In this document: positions 1 through 13,420 of the stretch, in pieces | Layout of the letters: each line of letters begins with the position of its first letter | Position numbering within the stretch: the first letter of the stretch is position 1 | NCBI RefSeq assembly: GCF_009914755.1 | Contig: NC_060937.1 | DNA length: 64,000 nt | Source of the DNA: the human T2T-CHM13v2.0 reference genome, Homo sapiens | Direction: 5' to 3' (one strand) | Program-made: the position numbers and the translations under genes | Notes under the pieces: generated by a model | What the model was told of the DNA's origin: nothing | Database searches by the model: none | What the model saw: the letters and a program-made list of their open reading frames with translations, nothing else

Positions 1-339
1 GCCATTTCCAACTTACAAATAAATATCACCATGGGTTTCAACTAACTCAACTAACTCAACCAGCTTTGCTGGTATATTCGAAATATGTTCACCAGATCTA
101 CCTATAGCTCCACCTGAAAAAATTCCGCACCGCTTCCCAATTTATGAAGGGATTGCACAATAATTTAACACAAATTCTGTCAAGCATTTTAAAGCAACAG
201 GAAAAATCCTTAGCTCCATGTTGAGAGAAAGCTAATTCAAGCCAATCCCTTGCAGGAGAATGCACATAAACCCGCCACTTCTGTTTGCATGTTATGATTT
301 GAAATGTAGTTTGTTTCTTAGGTGAATGTAGCTTTTGTA

Positions 340-418
340 TTAGGTTGAACCATCTGAAATTGCCAATATTTGACTTTTTGGACCTATGAAAATGACAATT
401 TCAGATGGCTCAAACTAA
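340..418. mobile_element. MADE2 mariner MITE (~80 bp, near-palindromic)
   Basis: Terminal inverted repeats ttaggttgaaccatctgaaattgcc ... gacaatttcagatggctcaaactaa with TA on the left flank; matches the remembered MADE2 layout. Confidence 0.8.
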
Positions 419-2107
419 TTTTAAAAAGATACTGTATGTAATGAAATAATTATATTCAATATGTCTAAATAGTCATTTCTTTAAGTCTGTAACCAGACTT
501 TTAAAGATAATTATTTTCCAACTTAGTGGGATGATGAATCACCAGCAACATTCCTAAACTCTATTGATATGAAGAAACAGTCTCTGTAGTGTGTTTCTGC
601 AACGATACTTTACAAAAAAGCAAACTTCATCCCTCACTTCAGAAGAAACACACAAATATTCATTTTGATTTACATTTTGTACCATCCTTGTAAAGCAGGT
701 AGCGGTTTGCCCATTTTAGCCATAAACTAATTAAGAGAGAGAATATAAGTAACAGGGCAAGAATTACTCTGAGTCTGCTTCCAAATCCATCCCCAGAACC
801 TGGACTTAACTCTCTTCTTTGGAGTATTTAAATCTCACTCAGCAAATGAATGCTGATTCTCTGGACACTTTTAATGAGTATAGATCTGAATAGTCCATAG
901 ATGCTTGCTTTAAAGGCTTTTAATTAAATCATGCAAGTAAAAATACAAATAAAAAGTATGTGTGCATTCATGTTATCATGTCTGATTGCTTCTCCTCTTT
1001 TTTATTCCATATTCTAATGAACATATTTAAGTTTCAATCAACATTTTTGCTGATTTTTATGTGTCAAACTCGTCAATGGCTTCTGTTAAGTCTGAAAAGT
1101 TACTGGGTTAGGAAGAACATTGCATTATTAACTAGAATCTGAAAAATCAGTAGAAGAATATTAACGGATCTAATGAACATAATGAACAGCATAGCCTTAT
1201 AGAATGGTTGGCAAAAAAATACACTGCAGAGGACCACGCAACATTCTCTTTAACGTGTGCACGTTGAGCACATGACTGCAAAGCCCACTTCTCTTTCACT
1301 TAAGGTGAAGATGCTTCCGCTGAACCTCCTATCTGACAGCATTCCCACAGCCGAGCAAACATTTATAATTAAAAGTTTTTAGCATGCCAAGGCAGGAAGT
1401 TGCTCTCTGGGCTGCGCTCCTGCTTTTCATTCTGTTCATTTGCCGGTTTTAAAATGACGTCCTTTCCATTTTGCCGCCTGCAGTGCAATTCAGAGCTGAC
1501 CTCTTTGTCTCTCTGTGTTCCCCCACGCAAAACAAACTGCACCCACACATTGCTCAGCTGCTTGTCTGCAACCATGAACTACTTTCACACCCGAGGGAGG
1601 AATGTCCCTTTTGTTTTAAAGAAACTGAAATGTTGAATGTTTTCAACCAAGTCTACATCCTTTCGTGCTTTTGGTATTGTGTCTACCAGAGGTTGATGGT
1701 TCAATACAGTCTTGGTAACAATTATAATCTATCAAAAATAACAATATCAGCAACCATAAATGCTCAGAGGAAATCATAAAACACTACCTGCCTTGCGTGC
1801 TCAACAGATAATCATGCCCACTCTAATCCCAGCTTTAAACATCAGCATTTTCCCCTCTAGCACTCTCCATTTTAGGACAAGGCTTCTTAAAGAGCTCGCT
1901 GCACTCCCTGCCTCACATCCTCACCCTCCCAAGAGTCTCCTTATCCCACTGCCTTCTGACAGGCCCTGCCACCATCCTTTTTTTAGGGATTCCCAGTGAC
2001 CTCTATGTAGCCCAACCCAATGGCTCTAAGAAAGTTACCTACTATCTTTCTTTGACACTGATGAGAATACCACTCCTGAAACTGCCTTAACCAGAACCCC
2101 TGACACT

Positions 2108-2427
2108 ATTTTTTTTCTTTCCTTTTTTTTTTTTTTTTTTCTTTGAGACAGGGTCTTGCTCTGTCACTTGGGCCGGAGTGCAGTGGAGCAATCGCAGCTT
2201 ACTGTAGACTCAACCTTCTGGGCTGAAGCAATCCTCCCACATCAGCCTCCCAGGTAGCTGGGAGCACAAGTGCATGACACCACTGCTGGCCAATTATTTT
2301 TATTTTTTGTAAAGTCAGGTTCTCACTATGTTTCCTAGGCTGGTCTCAAACTCCAGGGCTCAAGCAATCCTCCCACCTCAGCCTCCCAAAGTGTAGGGAT
2401 TACAGGTGTGTGCCACTGCACCTGGCC
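2108..2427 (-). mobile_element. AluJ
   Basis: Poly-T, then gagacagggtcttgctctgtc ... gggctcaagcaatcctccc ... cctggcc; J-type diagnostics, diverged. Confidence 0.95.
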
Positions 2428-3419
2428 AGCTTTTCGATTGCCTTTTTTTTTTCCTATCAGTCCTCAGTTTCCTGCATGGCCCCGCCTGGCCTGCCTGCTC
2501 CTTGAGTTTTGGTGTTCCTAAGATTCCTGACACGGAATCTCCTTCCTTTTACATGTATTCAATTACCCTGAGCATTCTCAAGGTCAACCACAGTGTCCTT
2601 CCCTTCCCCAGAACTTCTTCTCTTCCTGACCAGATGACCCACAGGTAGCACTGCCAAGCCCAAACCCAAATTCACCATCTTTCTCAGCATGGATTTCTTA
2701 TTTCACATGAAGACACCAGTATCCACTCAGCATCTTAAGCCAAAAACATCAGCATTGTTTCTGACTGTCCCCTCTTCCTCACTCATCACAGTGAATTTGT
2801 AAAAGGCCTGTCATTTCTACCTTCAAAATGTCTTCAAACATCCTCAACCATCTCATCATGTCTGACCTGTTCCAGTCAATTAACTGGTCCTGACTGTCCT
2901 AGTTCCAAGCTATACTCCACACGACTGTGTGAAGGGCGTAGCATGCAATGCACCCATGCTGCCACCCTATTTATCACCCCTCAATGGCTCTCCCCTGGTG
3001 CTGGAGATGGTTCAATATCTTTTCCACCTACTCCAGGCTTTTCACCATCATATCCCTCAACTCGATTCAAAGCCTTCTTTCTCATGACTCTCGCATGGAT
3101 CTAAACCCCAGCTATCCTAACTGTGCCGTACCCCAATCATTCCAGGATGATGCTTGCTTCTGTGAATTTGCATATGAGGTTCCCTCCACTAGAAAACCCA
3201 CCTCTCTTCATCTGCCAGATTAATTCCTCCCCAGCCTTCAAGCATCAACGGAGAGGACACTTTATTCAGGGAGTTTCCCACACACAACCCACATCCATCC
3301 ACCATTGTCAAGGCTGGGTGCTTCCTTCTCTGAGCTATGAGAGAGCACTGTGTGTGAGAGCTTTATTTTTGGACTTATTTTATAGAATTGTAACTGTGAG
3401 CGATATGCTCCCTCTAGAC

Positions 3420-3601
3420 CAGGGTTTCTCAACACTGGAATTATTGGCAATAGGACTGGATAATTATTTGTCGTGTGGACCTCTCCTGTGCCTTGTAGGA
3501 TGCCAGTAAAAACTTCCCCCAACCCAAGTCATGACAATCACAAATATCTTGGGCCATTGCCCAATGCCCCCGGGATAATCACCCCCAGTTGAGAAACTCT
3601 G
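3420..3601 (-). mobile_element. MER20 (hAT-Charlie MITE), internally deleted
   Basis: TIRs cagggtttctcaac / gttgagaaactctg; 8-bp TSD ctctagac / ctgcagac. Confidence 0.85.
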
Positions 3602-4901
3602 CTGCAGACTGTAGGTTTGTTTCTCTTACCTTATCATCCTTAATATCAAGCACAGGATGTGGAAATGCAAATGCTCAATGCATGTTTATTGAATAATGTT
3701 TATTGAATACATAATGAGGTAATGTTCTATGCCTTAAGAATCAGCTACTTGAAAACATAAATCTCAAAGTGGCACTTTGAAATAACTATGAATAGGTTAT
3801 TCTTTATGTATGTATTATAGACTCATGAAAGGAAATAAAATGATGATGGTATCTTAGTTGATTTGCAAAAGATGACTCAGAGTTTCTGCTCTAAAAGGAC
3901 AATAACTCATTATATAAACTAATAATAATAAAGGACATTTCTTTATGGGAGTATGTTATTTATTTTGTGGGAAAATGGGCAATTAGAATCGGGATATTTC
4001 AGTATGTCATTTCCATTTTCATGCAAAGGAAAGAACACCTTAACTGAATGTATTATGTTTCAATTGATATTTTTTCCCGCATTCAGTTAACATTAAATCT
4101 GGCTAAAGCAAAGAACTCCAAAGATAATGTGTCACACTTGACATACATTCTCTGAACAACGTTATAACCATTCATTGGCCATGACCCTTATGTTTTACAA
4201 GATCTGTGCTTGATTAAATCTTCATTTTAAATCTTAAATGAAGCCCACCAATTTTAAATCTCTTTCCTCTTCATCCAAACCACACAGCCAATTACATATA
4301 CATTTTCCTCCGAAAGCCTCATCTCTCAAAAGAATCCTGCCTTCCTTTATCCAAAAATTATGATGAGAGGCAAAGAAACATGAGTTTGATTCTCTTCTGA
4401 GGGAACTACCACGTAATTAGAAGTTTCATGAATAAAGTAGCCACCTATTAGTTTGGGACAAAGTTTGGCTTCAAGCAAAGACCCAAATTAAATTAAAACC
4501 CACAGGTAATTGGTAGTAAATGTGTATTTATTCAATCTTATCCCTGGTTTTTATTCTTTATGATCAATGATAACAGTCGTTTATGTTCTTTAGAACGGAT
4601 TAACCAATTAAACCAAGCCCCCACACCCCACCCCGCCCAACTTTTTTTTTCAGTTTCTCAACTGAAAGTTTTTTTGAAATAAAGTTCTGTATGGTCTAGT
4701 GGAACACAGTAATATAAAGCTGTCTAATTTAGACATTGGTTAACCACTACTCAGAGAAGATCAAAGTAGTCACTATGAGGCTCTGACACTTTGAGGGTGT
4801 GTGTAGTTTTCAAACATCATTAGTAGTTTCAAGTTTGAGGCATATAAAGTTTCAAGCTTTTAAAATCATACATTTATTCCTCTAGTAAAGAATAATTTAT
4901 T

Positions 4902-5207
4902 GCCCGGCATGGTGGCTCACACCTGTAATCTCAGCACTTTGGGAGGTTGAGGAGGAAGAATCAGTTGTACTCAGGAGTCTGAGACCAAACTCCCAGCCTG
5001 GGCACCACAGGGCGACCCTATCACTACTAAAAATAAAGAAGAATGAGCTAGGCATGGTGGTGCACCCCTGCAGTCCCAGCTACTCAGAAGGCTGAGGCGG
5101 GAGGATCACTTGAGCCTGGGAGATGGGGGCTTCGCCGTGTGCCATGATTGTGCCACTGCACTCCAGCCTGGGAAACAGAGTGAGACCCTGTCTCAACAAC
5201 AAAAAAA
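4902..5207 (+). mobile_element. AluJ
   Basis: Dimeric Alu with gggaggatcacttgagcc and gagaccctgtctc; degenerate TSD aagaataatttatt / aaaaatagtttctt. Confidence 0.95.
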
Positions 5208-7074
5208 ATAGTTTCTTTTTAGCATTCGTGATCATAATATCACCTTAAAAAGTAACTTAAATGTCAGGTTTAATTTTATTCAAATAAGTAGGAATCTTAT
5301 AAAAGAAGATTGAAAGACCTCTCACATTTTGATAATTCTTCTGCAATAAACAAACAACATTGACATAGCAATTGACTTGGGAGACAGAGATAGATGTATT
5401 ATAAAATGTAAAATTTGAAAGTTAGGACAAGTAGAAAAATAAAGAAAGGATCTGAAGAAATCCAAAACATAAATGAGCTATTTAATAAAATTTAAAAATA
5501 ATGAAAGTACTTGCACTTGATAAAATAAAAAAAGCATATAATCTCATCTCTGTGTATTTCAGAGGCAATAGCAAGATCCACGAAACCCTCAAGTTCAAGC
5601 ACTTCTTATAAGGTTATCAAGACTTCGCTGGGATGTGGCCCACATTGAGCAGCTTTCTCCAACACTGTTCCCTTGCCCCATTGTGCTGGGGTTATATTCT
5701 ATTCCTATGCATGTCCACGCCATCTGCACGTCTCGAATACCACTCATCACACTACAGCATTTGGAACACTGAAACTGTGCTTGAGACCTGAATGTGATCC
5801 TCCACAGGCAGGTCAGTTTGAGGAACCCACCTTTAAGCAGCACCTTTGACCTCTCCACCTGTCTCTGACAGCCCGTCTTGAAAATTCCTTTACCGCCACC
5901 AGGAACTACAGTCTCCCGGTCTCACCACTGCTCACTCCTCAGTCCCTGCAGCCCTCACTTGTCTCCTTCTTCAGCTCAGTTTCCAGCTCCTCCATGACAG
6001 GCACTTCTTTACATACACCCTTCCCTCGCTGTCCTCCTTCTTCTGACTTGGCCAAACCTCAACCCCAGGTCAATCCAAATTCCCATTCTTTGCCAGGATA
6101 GTGAAGGCAAGTGGAGAAAACACACAAGGAAGGTGGCTGGTCTGAGTTTTCATTGACGACCACTAAGATCAAGGGGACCCTCAGTGCTGTCAGTATCCTC
6201 AACATTTCCCGGGCCCATCTCTTATCCCAACTCCTAAAGGACAATTCTCACCTTCTCTGTCCTCAAACGCCTAACATTGCACCTCCTCCATCCTTTCAGT
6301 GCATCCTTGATTTCTATTTCAATGAGAAAATAAAACAAGCAGAAAAGTACTTCCACTTGCTATCAACCAAATTTACAACCCACTTCATCTATGCCCACAT
6401 ACTTGCCTTCATTTTTGTAACAAAGGATGAGCATTTCTAGCAATGTGAGGCCAAGTCTTCCATGTGGGTCCCAGATCCCACGCCTCTCACCTACTCAAAA
6501 ACATCACCCTAGGAGGCCTTTTCTCTCCTGCATCATCGTTTCCCTACTAGACATTTTCTATCAGGAGAAAAATGCACAGGTATGGTATCAACCTAAAAAC
6601 AAATCAAAACTCCAGCATTCCCACACTCCCTTCAGCTACTGGGTTATTTCCATGATCGTTTTCACAGCAAATGTCTTTTTAGCATTCCTTGCTTTTCATC
6701 CATATCTCCCTGATATCTAAATGGTCAAGAGAACCAGGACCCAGTCCTCAGTCCTCTTCTTCACCTATATTCACCCCCTATGAGGAGGCTCAGTGCCTTA
6801 AATACATCTATAAGACCAGCTTTCTTTCCATAATTCCAAACCTCTTGTCCAAGTGCCTATTTACACATCTCCTGGAGTCTCTAACAAGCAACTCAAATTT
6901 CATAAGTCAAAAATGAAACTCCCAATTTCCCCTGACACCCCAAAGTAACTCTTTCTCTTAATATGTCCCCATCTCAAGTGATTAGCAAGTACATCCTACC
7001 AGTTGCTCAAACCAAAAAAAGAATGCATACATATATACATAAATAGAGAGAGAGAAATCAGCTATTCGTTCTTT

Positions 7075-7228
7075 GATTATTTATGAGAATATCCCTATTC
7101 TTAGGAAATATGATATATTTAGGAGTGAAGAGCCATAATAAACGTAATTTATCCATTAATGATTCAGAATTATATGCATGTGTGTTCATCTGTGTCTGCA
7201 TTGCATAAACACACATATATATGTATAG

Positions 7229-7277
<49 letters not shown>

Positions 7278-7410
7278 TCTAGTGACAGAGAAATGATGAA
7301 GCAACTGGGGTAAAACGTCCTCAGGTGAATCTAGGAAAGGGTATAACTGACGTTCCTTGAACTATTTTGGCAGCTTTTGTAAGTTTGAAATTATTTCCTT
7401 ATAAAAACCA
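7075..7410 (+). mobile_element. Old L1 (L1MC/L1ME) 3' end fragment
   Basis: ttcttaggaaata ... ggtgaatctagg ... cttttgtaagtttgaaattatttc, typical of L1M 3' UTRs. Confidence 0.7.
7230..7272. repeat. (TG)n microsatellite, ~21 units
   Basis: Read directly from the sequence. Confidence 0.98.
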
Positions 7411-7990
7411 TCTTAAAGAGGAATTACACCTGACTCCCCTCTCTCACCTGCACCCAGGTCATCAGGAAATCATGTTGACTCTGTTTTCAGGTGGAACCCA
7501 GGGTCTCGCCACTTCCTGTCGTGTTCTCCACGATGACATCCTAGCCAGAGCCCCACTTTTGCAACAGATTCTCATCTGCCCTTCTTCCTCCTTCCCCTCC
7601 AGCAGTGAATGGGATTGCGTCCCTGCTGAAAGCCTGCCTGTGGCTCCTCACCTCACCCTGCCAAGGCCAGGGCTCTCTTCTGGGCCTGGCAATGCCCTGT
7701 GTGATGGGCCTCCTCTCCTATGACTTACTCCAGGGCTCACTGCCCGGGCACCTTCTGGAGCACACCAAGCCGAATCCCTCCCCGGGCGCTTTGCCTTTGC
7801 TTTTCTCTTCCTGCCTAGAGTGGTCTTCCCCCAGGTGCCCACAGGGCTGCTCCTGCAATTCCCCAGGTCTCTATTCAAATGTTACCCCATCAGCACAGCT
7901 CCTTCTGATCAACCTCTCTAAAGACAAATCGGTCCTCCTGCCCCTCCCCAGGGCTCACCACTCCTCCCTTGCCTGCTTTATTCTTCTAGA

Positions 7991-8212
7991 CTGGGGCTAG
8001 CAAACTTTTCCTTAAAGGGCCAGAAAGCAAATGTTTTCACCTTTGCAGGCCACATGGCTTCTGCATGCAATTATTCAAGGCTGTCACTATAGCGTATAAA
8101 CGGCCGTAGGTGATACATAAACAAATGAGCGTGGCTGTGTTCCAGTAAATCTGTTTACATAAAAAGGTGGCAGGCCAGATTTTGCCAATAAGCCATAGTT
8201 TGTAGACCCCTG
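7991..8212 (+). mobile_element. MER58A (hAT-Charlie)
   Basis: ctggggctagcaaacttttccttaaagggccag ... ggctgtgttccagtaaa ... tagtttgtagacccctg. Confidence 0.85.
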
Positions 8213-8769
8213 TTTCAAATAAAGGCTATTCCATGTTTACTTGCTATCTGGGTTTGGTTTTGTTGGTTTTTTCCGATCTCTCATTATGGAATCGAAGCTC
8301 CACTAGAGAATGCACACACTTTTCTTCACTACTGTAACTTCAGTGCTCACAAGAGCAATGGGCCATGAATTCAATATTCATTGGATGAATGAATGAATTC
8401 ACCAACATGATACACTTTATTTCTACTATCCTTCATATATCTCCTTCCTCCAATGCAATAGATACTCCTTCTGATCAATCTATCCCCTCAATATTGTTTG
8501 CTTATATTTTATTCTAACCAGACTTTGCTCTCCTTGATGGCAGAGGTGAGCTTATTCCCTTCCTTAGGTCCAATACGCGTCAGATGACCTAACAGATAGA
8601 ACCTACCCAACAGATTTGTACTGAATGAAGGAATCTATCAAGAAAACAAGATCGAGGTAAGAGAAGGGAAGCCTAAGCTGAGGTTGGTGACAGGAGCTTA
8701 CAGGAAAAAGGGTATCTTAGGAGGGTAATTGCTAGCAATTCTCACTGATTATAGAAAATGGAGATGATA

Positions 8770-9328
8770 TTCTGTTCTACTTTTTGCTGCTCAAACAATA
8801 CCTGGAAGGCTTTTTTCCAACCCAAGTCCCCATACTTAAACAAACAAACAAAAAAATTGTGGCAGCATATGATGTTTTAGAGAAATCCAGCCAGGATAGT
8901 GAAAGGAAGGAAACCTGACACGCGAAGAACAGTTGAAAAACTGGTGATGGTAAAAAAATTGAGACTGCTTAGCCTAGAAAAGAAGAGACTTAGAGAGGTA
9001 CATGCGAGCTGCCTTCCAATACTGAAAAGGTTGTCAGATTTAAGAGGGATTAAATTCTCTACGAATTCTCTAGAAATCGAATAACCTTGTAAAATTTACA
9101 GGGAGGTAGGTTTTAGTTCAATATAAGAAAGAAATTTCTAGGGATTGGAGCCATCCGAAAACAGAGTGAGCTGTCATCAGAAGATGTATTTTCCAACACC
9201 AGAAATTTTCAAAATGAGATGGACAACTTGACCCGGGCAACCAGGAAGAGCCTGGAAGGATGTGGGCTTGAGGTCAAGGTCTTTGCCCAGGTAACAAGTG
9301 TTATTTTCCAACTGAGATTATATGATTC
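8770..9328 (+). mobile_element. L3/CR1 LINE 3' region
   Basis: ttagcctagaaaagaagagact, gttcaatataagaaagaaatttcta and the terminal ttccaactgagattatatgattct; ORF 8899-9084 has the CR1-like LLSLEKKRLR. Confidence 0.75.
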
Positions 9329-9553
9329 TCCAGAAAGCTACGGAGAGGAAGAAATGCATCCAAAAGTGGAAGTGATGACCCAACATGCTAGCCATTGTCT
9401 CAAAAGGTCTTTGGGGTCATGATACAGGGCTTCAAACTGGCCCAGATTTAGGCACTTTATTACCAGCTGACATATCCCCATCAGAGAAAATTTTTCAATG
9501 GATCATCTCAAAGCTAAAACAAAGAGCTGGGTAGTTTAAGAAAAAGGGACCTG

Positions 9554-9923
<370 letters not shown>

Positions 9924-10523
9924 TTAATTCCTCTGTTTTCACTGTGAACAGAAATTCTAACTCCTACTCACAGATGATGCAAACTTAATTTTCTTCCTTA
10001 GAATTTCCACTTCACACCTCTAACCCACTATTTTTCAATAGATGACTTTACCTCCTACTTCTCAGAGAATTAAGTGGCCATCAGAAAAAAACACCATCTA
10101 CTTTCTACCAGTGTTTTGCAAATCTCATTCCTACCTACTACTGTGTATCTTATATCAGTGAATTTTCCATCATGTGCCAACTCTTCAGTCAAGAACCTAG
10201 CTTACATTCTTGATGTTGCCCTTTCTTCCTCCCCAACAGATAAACACTCAGCAAATTGCGCTGATTCAGATTAATTAAAATTCCCAAGTCAATGCATTTC
10301 CTCCTGACAGTCTCCGAACTCTTTGTAGCCTCGAGTCCTTCCTATTTCCTGAGTGACATTTCTAAAACACAAAAGCATATCACTCCCCTGCCTAAACCCA
10401 TCCAGGGCTCCCCATGACTATCAGGATAAAACCCACACTGCAGAGCAGGGCATAAAGTGTTCTCCTCGCCTGCCTCTCCAGTCTCACTGCTACTGTCACT
10501 GCACTTTCAATACGTTCTTCCTG

Positions 10524-11092
10524 TGTATTAATTTTCTGTTGTTGCTGTCACAAATTACCACAAACTGAGTGGTTTAAAACATCATACATTTATCTTCGGG
10601 TTTCGAAGGTCAGATGCCCAACCCAGTCTCCCTAGGTTAAAATTCAGGTGTTGGTAGGGACATGTGCTACTCTGGAGGCTCCAGGGGGGAATCGATTAGG
10701 TTGGTGCAAAAGTAATTGTGGTTTTTGCCATTAAAAGTAATAGCAAAAACTGCAATTACTTTTGCACCAATCTAATATTTCTTTGCCTTTTCCAGCTACT
10801 AGTTGCTGCCTGCATTCCTTGGCTCCTGGCCCCTTCCTCCATCTCCAAAGCCAGAATCAACAGGATGAGATCTCACATCACATCCCCCTGACCTCCTCTT
10901 CTGCCTCCATATTCCACTCTTAAGGGCTCTTGTGATCATATTGAGCTCACCTGAATAATCCAGGAAAATCTCACTATTTTCAGGTCAGCTGCTTAGCAAA
11001 CATTCCATCTGTGACATAAATCTGCTTTTGCCTAATATGTAACCTAATATAGTCACAGGATTTTTTCTGTGACCATGATTCTGCCAAACACA
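10524..11092 (-). mobile_element. MLT1D-like MaLR solo LTR containing MADE1
   Basis: tgtattaattttctgttgttgctgtcacaaattaccacaaact ... attctgccaaacaca. Confidence 0.85.
10696..10775. mobile_element. MADE1 (Hsmar1-derived MITE), full 80 bp
   Basis: ttaggttggtgcaaaagtaattg ... caattacttttgcaccaatctaa followed by TA; two ~37-bp TIRs around a short spacer. Confidence 0.97.
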
Positions 11093-12667
11093 CAATTCAC
11101 ACCTAACTTGTAGTCCCACATCCATCCATGGGCTATTTCACATACTGGTCCCCTACCTGGAGAGCACCTTCTCTCTTACATAAGCCCACCCCACTCCCAT
11201 TGTTTGACTAATTCCTATGGCCCTTCAGGATCCAGCTATCACATCCTTCCTTCTCTGGCAAGCCTCCTATAAGCCTGTGAGGTTGGGATGAGTACTTCCA
11301 TTCTGCATTCCAATGAGCCCTCCATGCTTACCTGTAAGGGATGCATAGTAAGCCATTACTTATTGTACTCTCCTAGAGAAACATTGTCCCATTTAACTCT
11401 ATATCCAGAGTGACTAGCCCAATTCCTCGCATCTAGTACGTCCTCAACACAGACCTAGCCATTCAGATCCATTCCAGTCTGCTGTATTTAACTCCTGGGT
11501 TAAACTGCACTCCCAGGACCTCCATAATCAACCCAAAGGTTCTTTTTCTTTTCTATTTTTCTAAACCACTTCTCATTTTGTCTCCACTTCCTTGTTTGCC
11601 TTTTATGTAAGCATATGTGTATACGGTAATGATTTTTTTCCTCTTACTTCAAGTGATTTATCTTTAAAGGCTAACTTCACATATTCTCTGTGGATTCCTA
11701 GCAATAACCTAGAAAGCAGATAGGCAATCCCTTCAGAGTGTCAATATTTATTTATGTCTACATTTTGTTGACTAAATGATACAGATTCTAAGCCTTCAGG
11801 GCAGAGCTCTTGGATAATGTGCTTTGTTTACCTATTAGTGCACCAGTGACAGTCTACAAAGAGCTACAATGATCACAATATATTATTTGTACAGGCCAAT
11901 GCATGCCTTTATTATTATCACATTTGTGGCAAATGTGATATTTGCCAGAGTGGTTAGCACTTAAGTCTAATGATCTAGAAACAAGGTCATGTTATCAAGT
12001 TTCAGAATATCTTGTTAAACATATGATTCAGTTTGGAATCATTCTTTTCTTTTCCCTCCTCCTCCCAATATTGTAATACTTCACTGAACTCAATTTATTA
12101 ATGATGTATGAATTAATAAATTCTGAGAAATATAAACAATTAACATTAATAACAATGTTACATTCCTCAAAATATCACTATTCTGTATTTTATTCCTCAC
12201 AAAATCAAGCAAGAGTATAAAGAGATTATAAAGCTACAGATCAACAAATGTAAAACATTGTAGAACAATCCAGAAAATAAATGCAATGATTAATGTCAGC
12301 CATGTTTAAAATGAACATATAATTGTAAGTATGCTGAAGAAAATTGGGAATAATCGTATTAGAATAGAATTACATCTAGAAATTTTTTCTCAAAGAAAAA
12401 ATGTTCCTCAGGAGGTAGAGTTGTGGAGTAGGGCTGTGGGGTTGAGCTGGGTATTATATTATTTAATGACCAGAGAAATAAAAAAAAAAGAGAAGGAGCT
12501 AACTCCATGCATGAATCACATGTCTATAAAGTTGGAAAATAAACAAAAGCACCATAGGTACAGAGAAGGACTCTGAGAAACTCTCTTATGAAATGCAAAT
12601 GCATATTATTGAAGAGCATAAAGAAATAATGTTAAAGAAGTATTAGAAAACCTATTATTTAGATGTT

Positions 12668-13051
12668 TGCATTAGTCCATTTTCATACTGCCATAAAGAA
12701 CTACCCAAGACTGGGTAATTTACAAAGGAAAAAGGTTTAATTGACTCACAGTTCAGCATGGCTGGGGAGGCCTCAGGAAACTTACAATCATGGTGGAAGG
12801 CAAAGAGAACCAATGCACCTTCTTCACAAGGCAGCAGGAAGGAGAAGGAACGCAGGAGGAACTACCAAACACTTATAAGACCATCAGATCTCATGAAAAC
12901 TCACTCACTATCATGAGAAGAGCTCGAGGAACCACCCCCATGATTCAGTTACCTCTACCTGGTCTCTCCCTTGACATGTGGGGATCATGGGGATTATAGG
13001 GATTACAATTAAAGATAAGATTTTGGGTGGAGACACAGCCAAACCATATCA
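12668..13051 (-). mobile_element. THE1D-like MaLR solo LTR
   Basis: tgcattagtcc ... ccaaaccatatca; perfect 5-bp TSD atgtt (12663-12667 / 13052-13056). Confidence 0.93.
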
Positions 13052-13199
13052 ATGTTGTATTTAATTTTTATGTAAATGTTTATTGAACATCTACTAATTG
13101 TCCTCATCCTATGACAAGGCAACCCCTCTTCCTATTCCATGCCTATAGTGTTGACTTCACAGGGCAAACTATAATGAGAGCCTCATATTATGTAATTGA

Positions 13200-13420
13200 T
13201 TTGTAGAAGTTGAATTACAAGACATTACACTTAATGCCATTAAATTTTATATTTCTGATTTTGACCTATCACTGTACCTATTTATACATCTTTTCCACCT
13301 TCTGATTTAGCTATCCACTGGATTAGCACCTCCCTGCTTTGCGCAACCCACAAATGTAAGCGTGCCTTCTTTGGCTTTGTTCAAATATCAGTGAGAACAT
13401 GAAATAGCACGTGGCTTCTA
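13200..13420 (-). mobile_element. Possible L3/CR1 fragment (a similar fragment lies near 14540-14660)
   Basis: Weak resemblance to antisense CR1-type sequence, judged by eye only. Confidence 0.35.

Larger units (their letters stand above)
1850..3710 (+). mobile_element. L2 LINE fragments, interrupted by AluJ and MER20
   Basis: Pyrimidine-rich L2-like text ending in an L2 tail (atgctcaatgcatgtttattgaata). Boundaries approximate. Confidence 0.6.
5720..8400 (+). mobile_element. Long L2a-like LINE, interrupted by an L1M fragment and MER58A
   Basis: L2 ORF2/3' text (gtggagaaaacacacaa, catcctaccagttgctcaaaccaaaa, ttcaaatgttacccc) ending in gaatgaatgaa. Boundaries approximate. Confidence 0.7.
9980..11450 (+). 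mobile_element. L2 fragments flanking the MLT1D LTR
   Basis: L2-like text (tttctaaaacacaaaagcatatcactcccctgcctaaa; cccttcaggatccagct) on both sides of the LTR. Confidence 0.55.

Noticed and set aside
3682-3709. 14-bp tandem duplication atgtttattgaata
   Set aside because: Within a slippage-prone L2 tail; ordinary.
11326-11345. Minus-strand cccttacag|gtaagc acceptor-donor overlap
   Set aside because: Lies in L2-like sequence with a weak tract; it shows that such motifs arise by chance.
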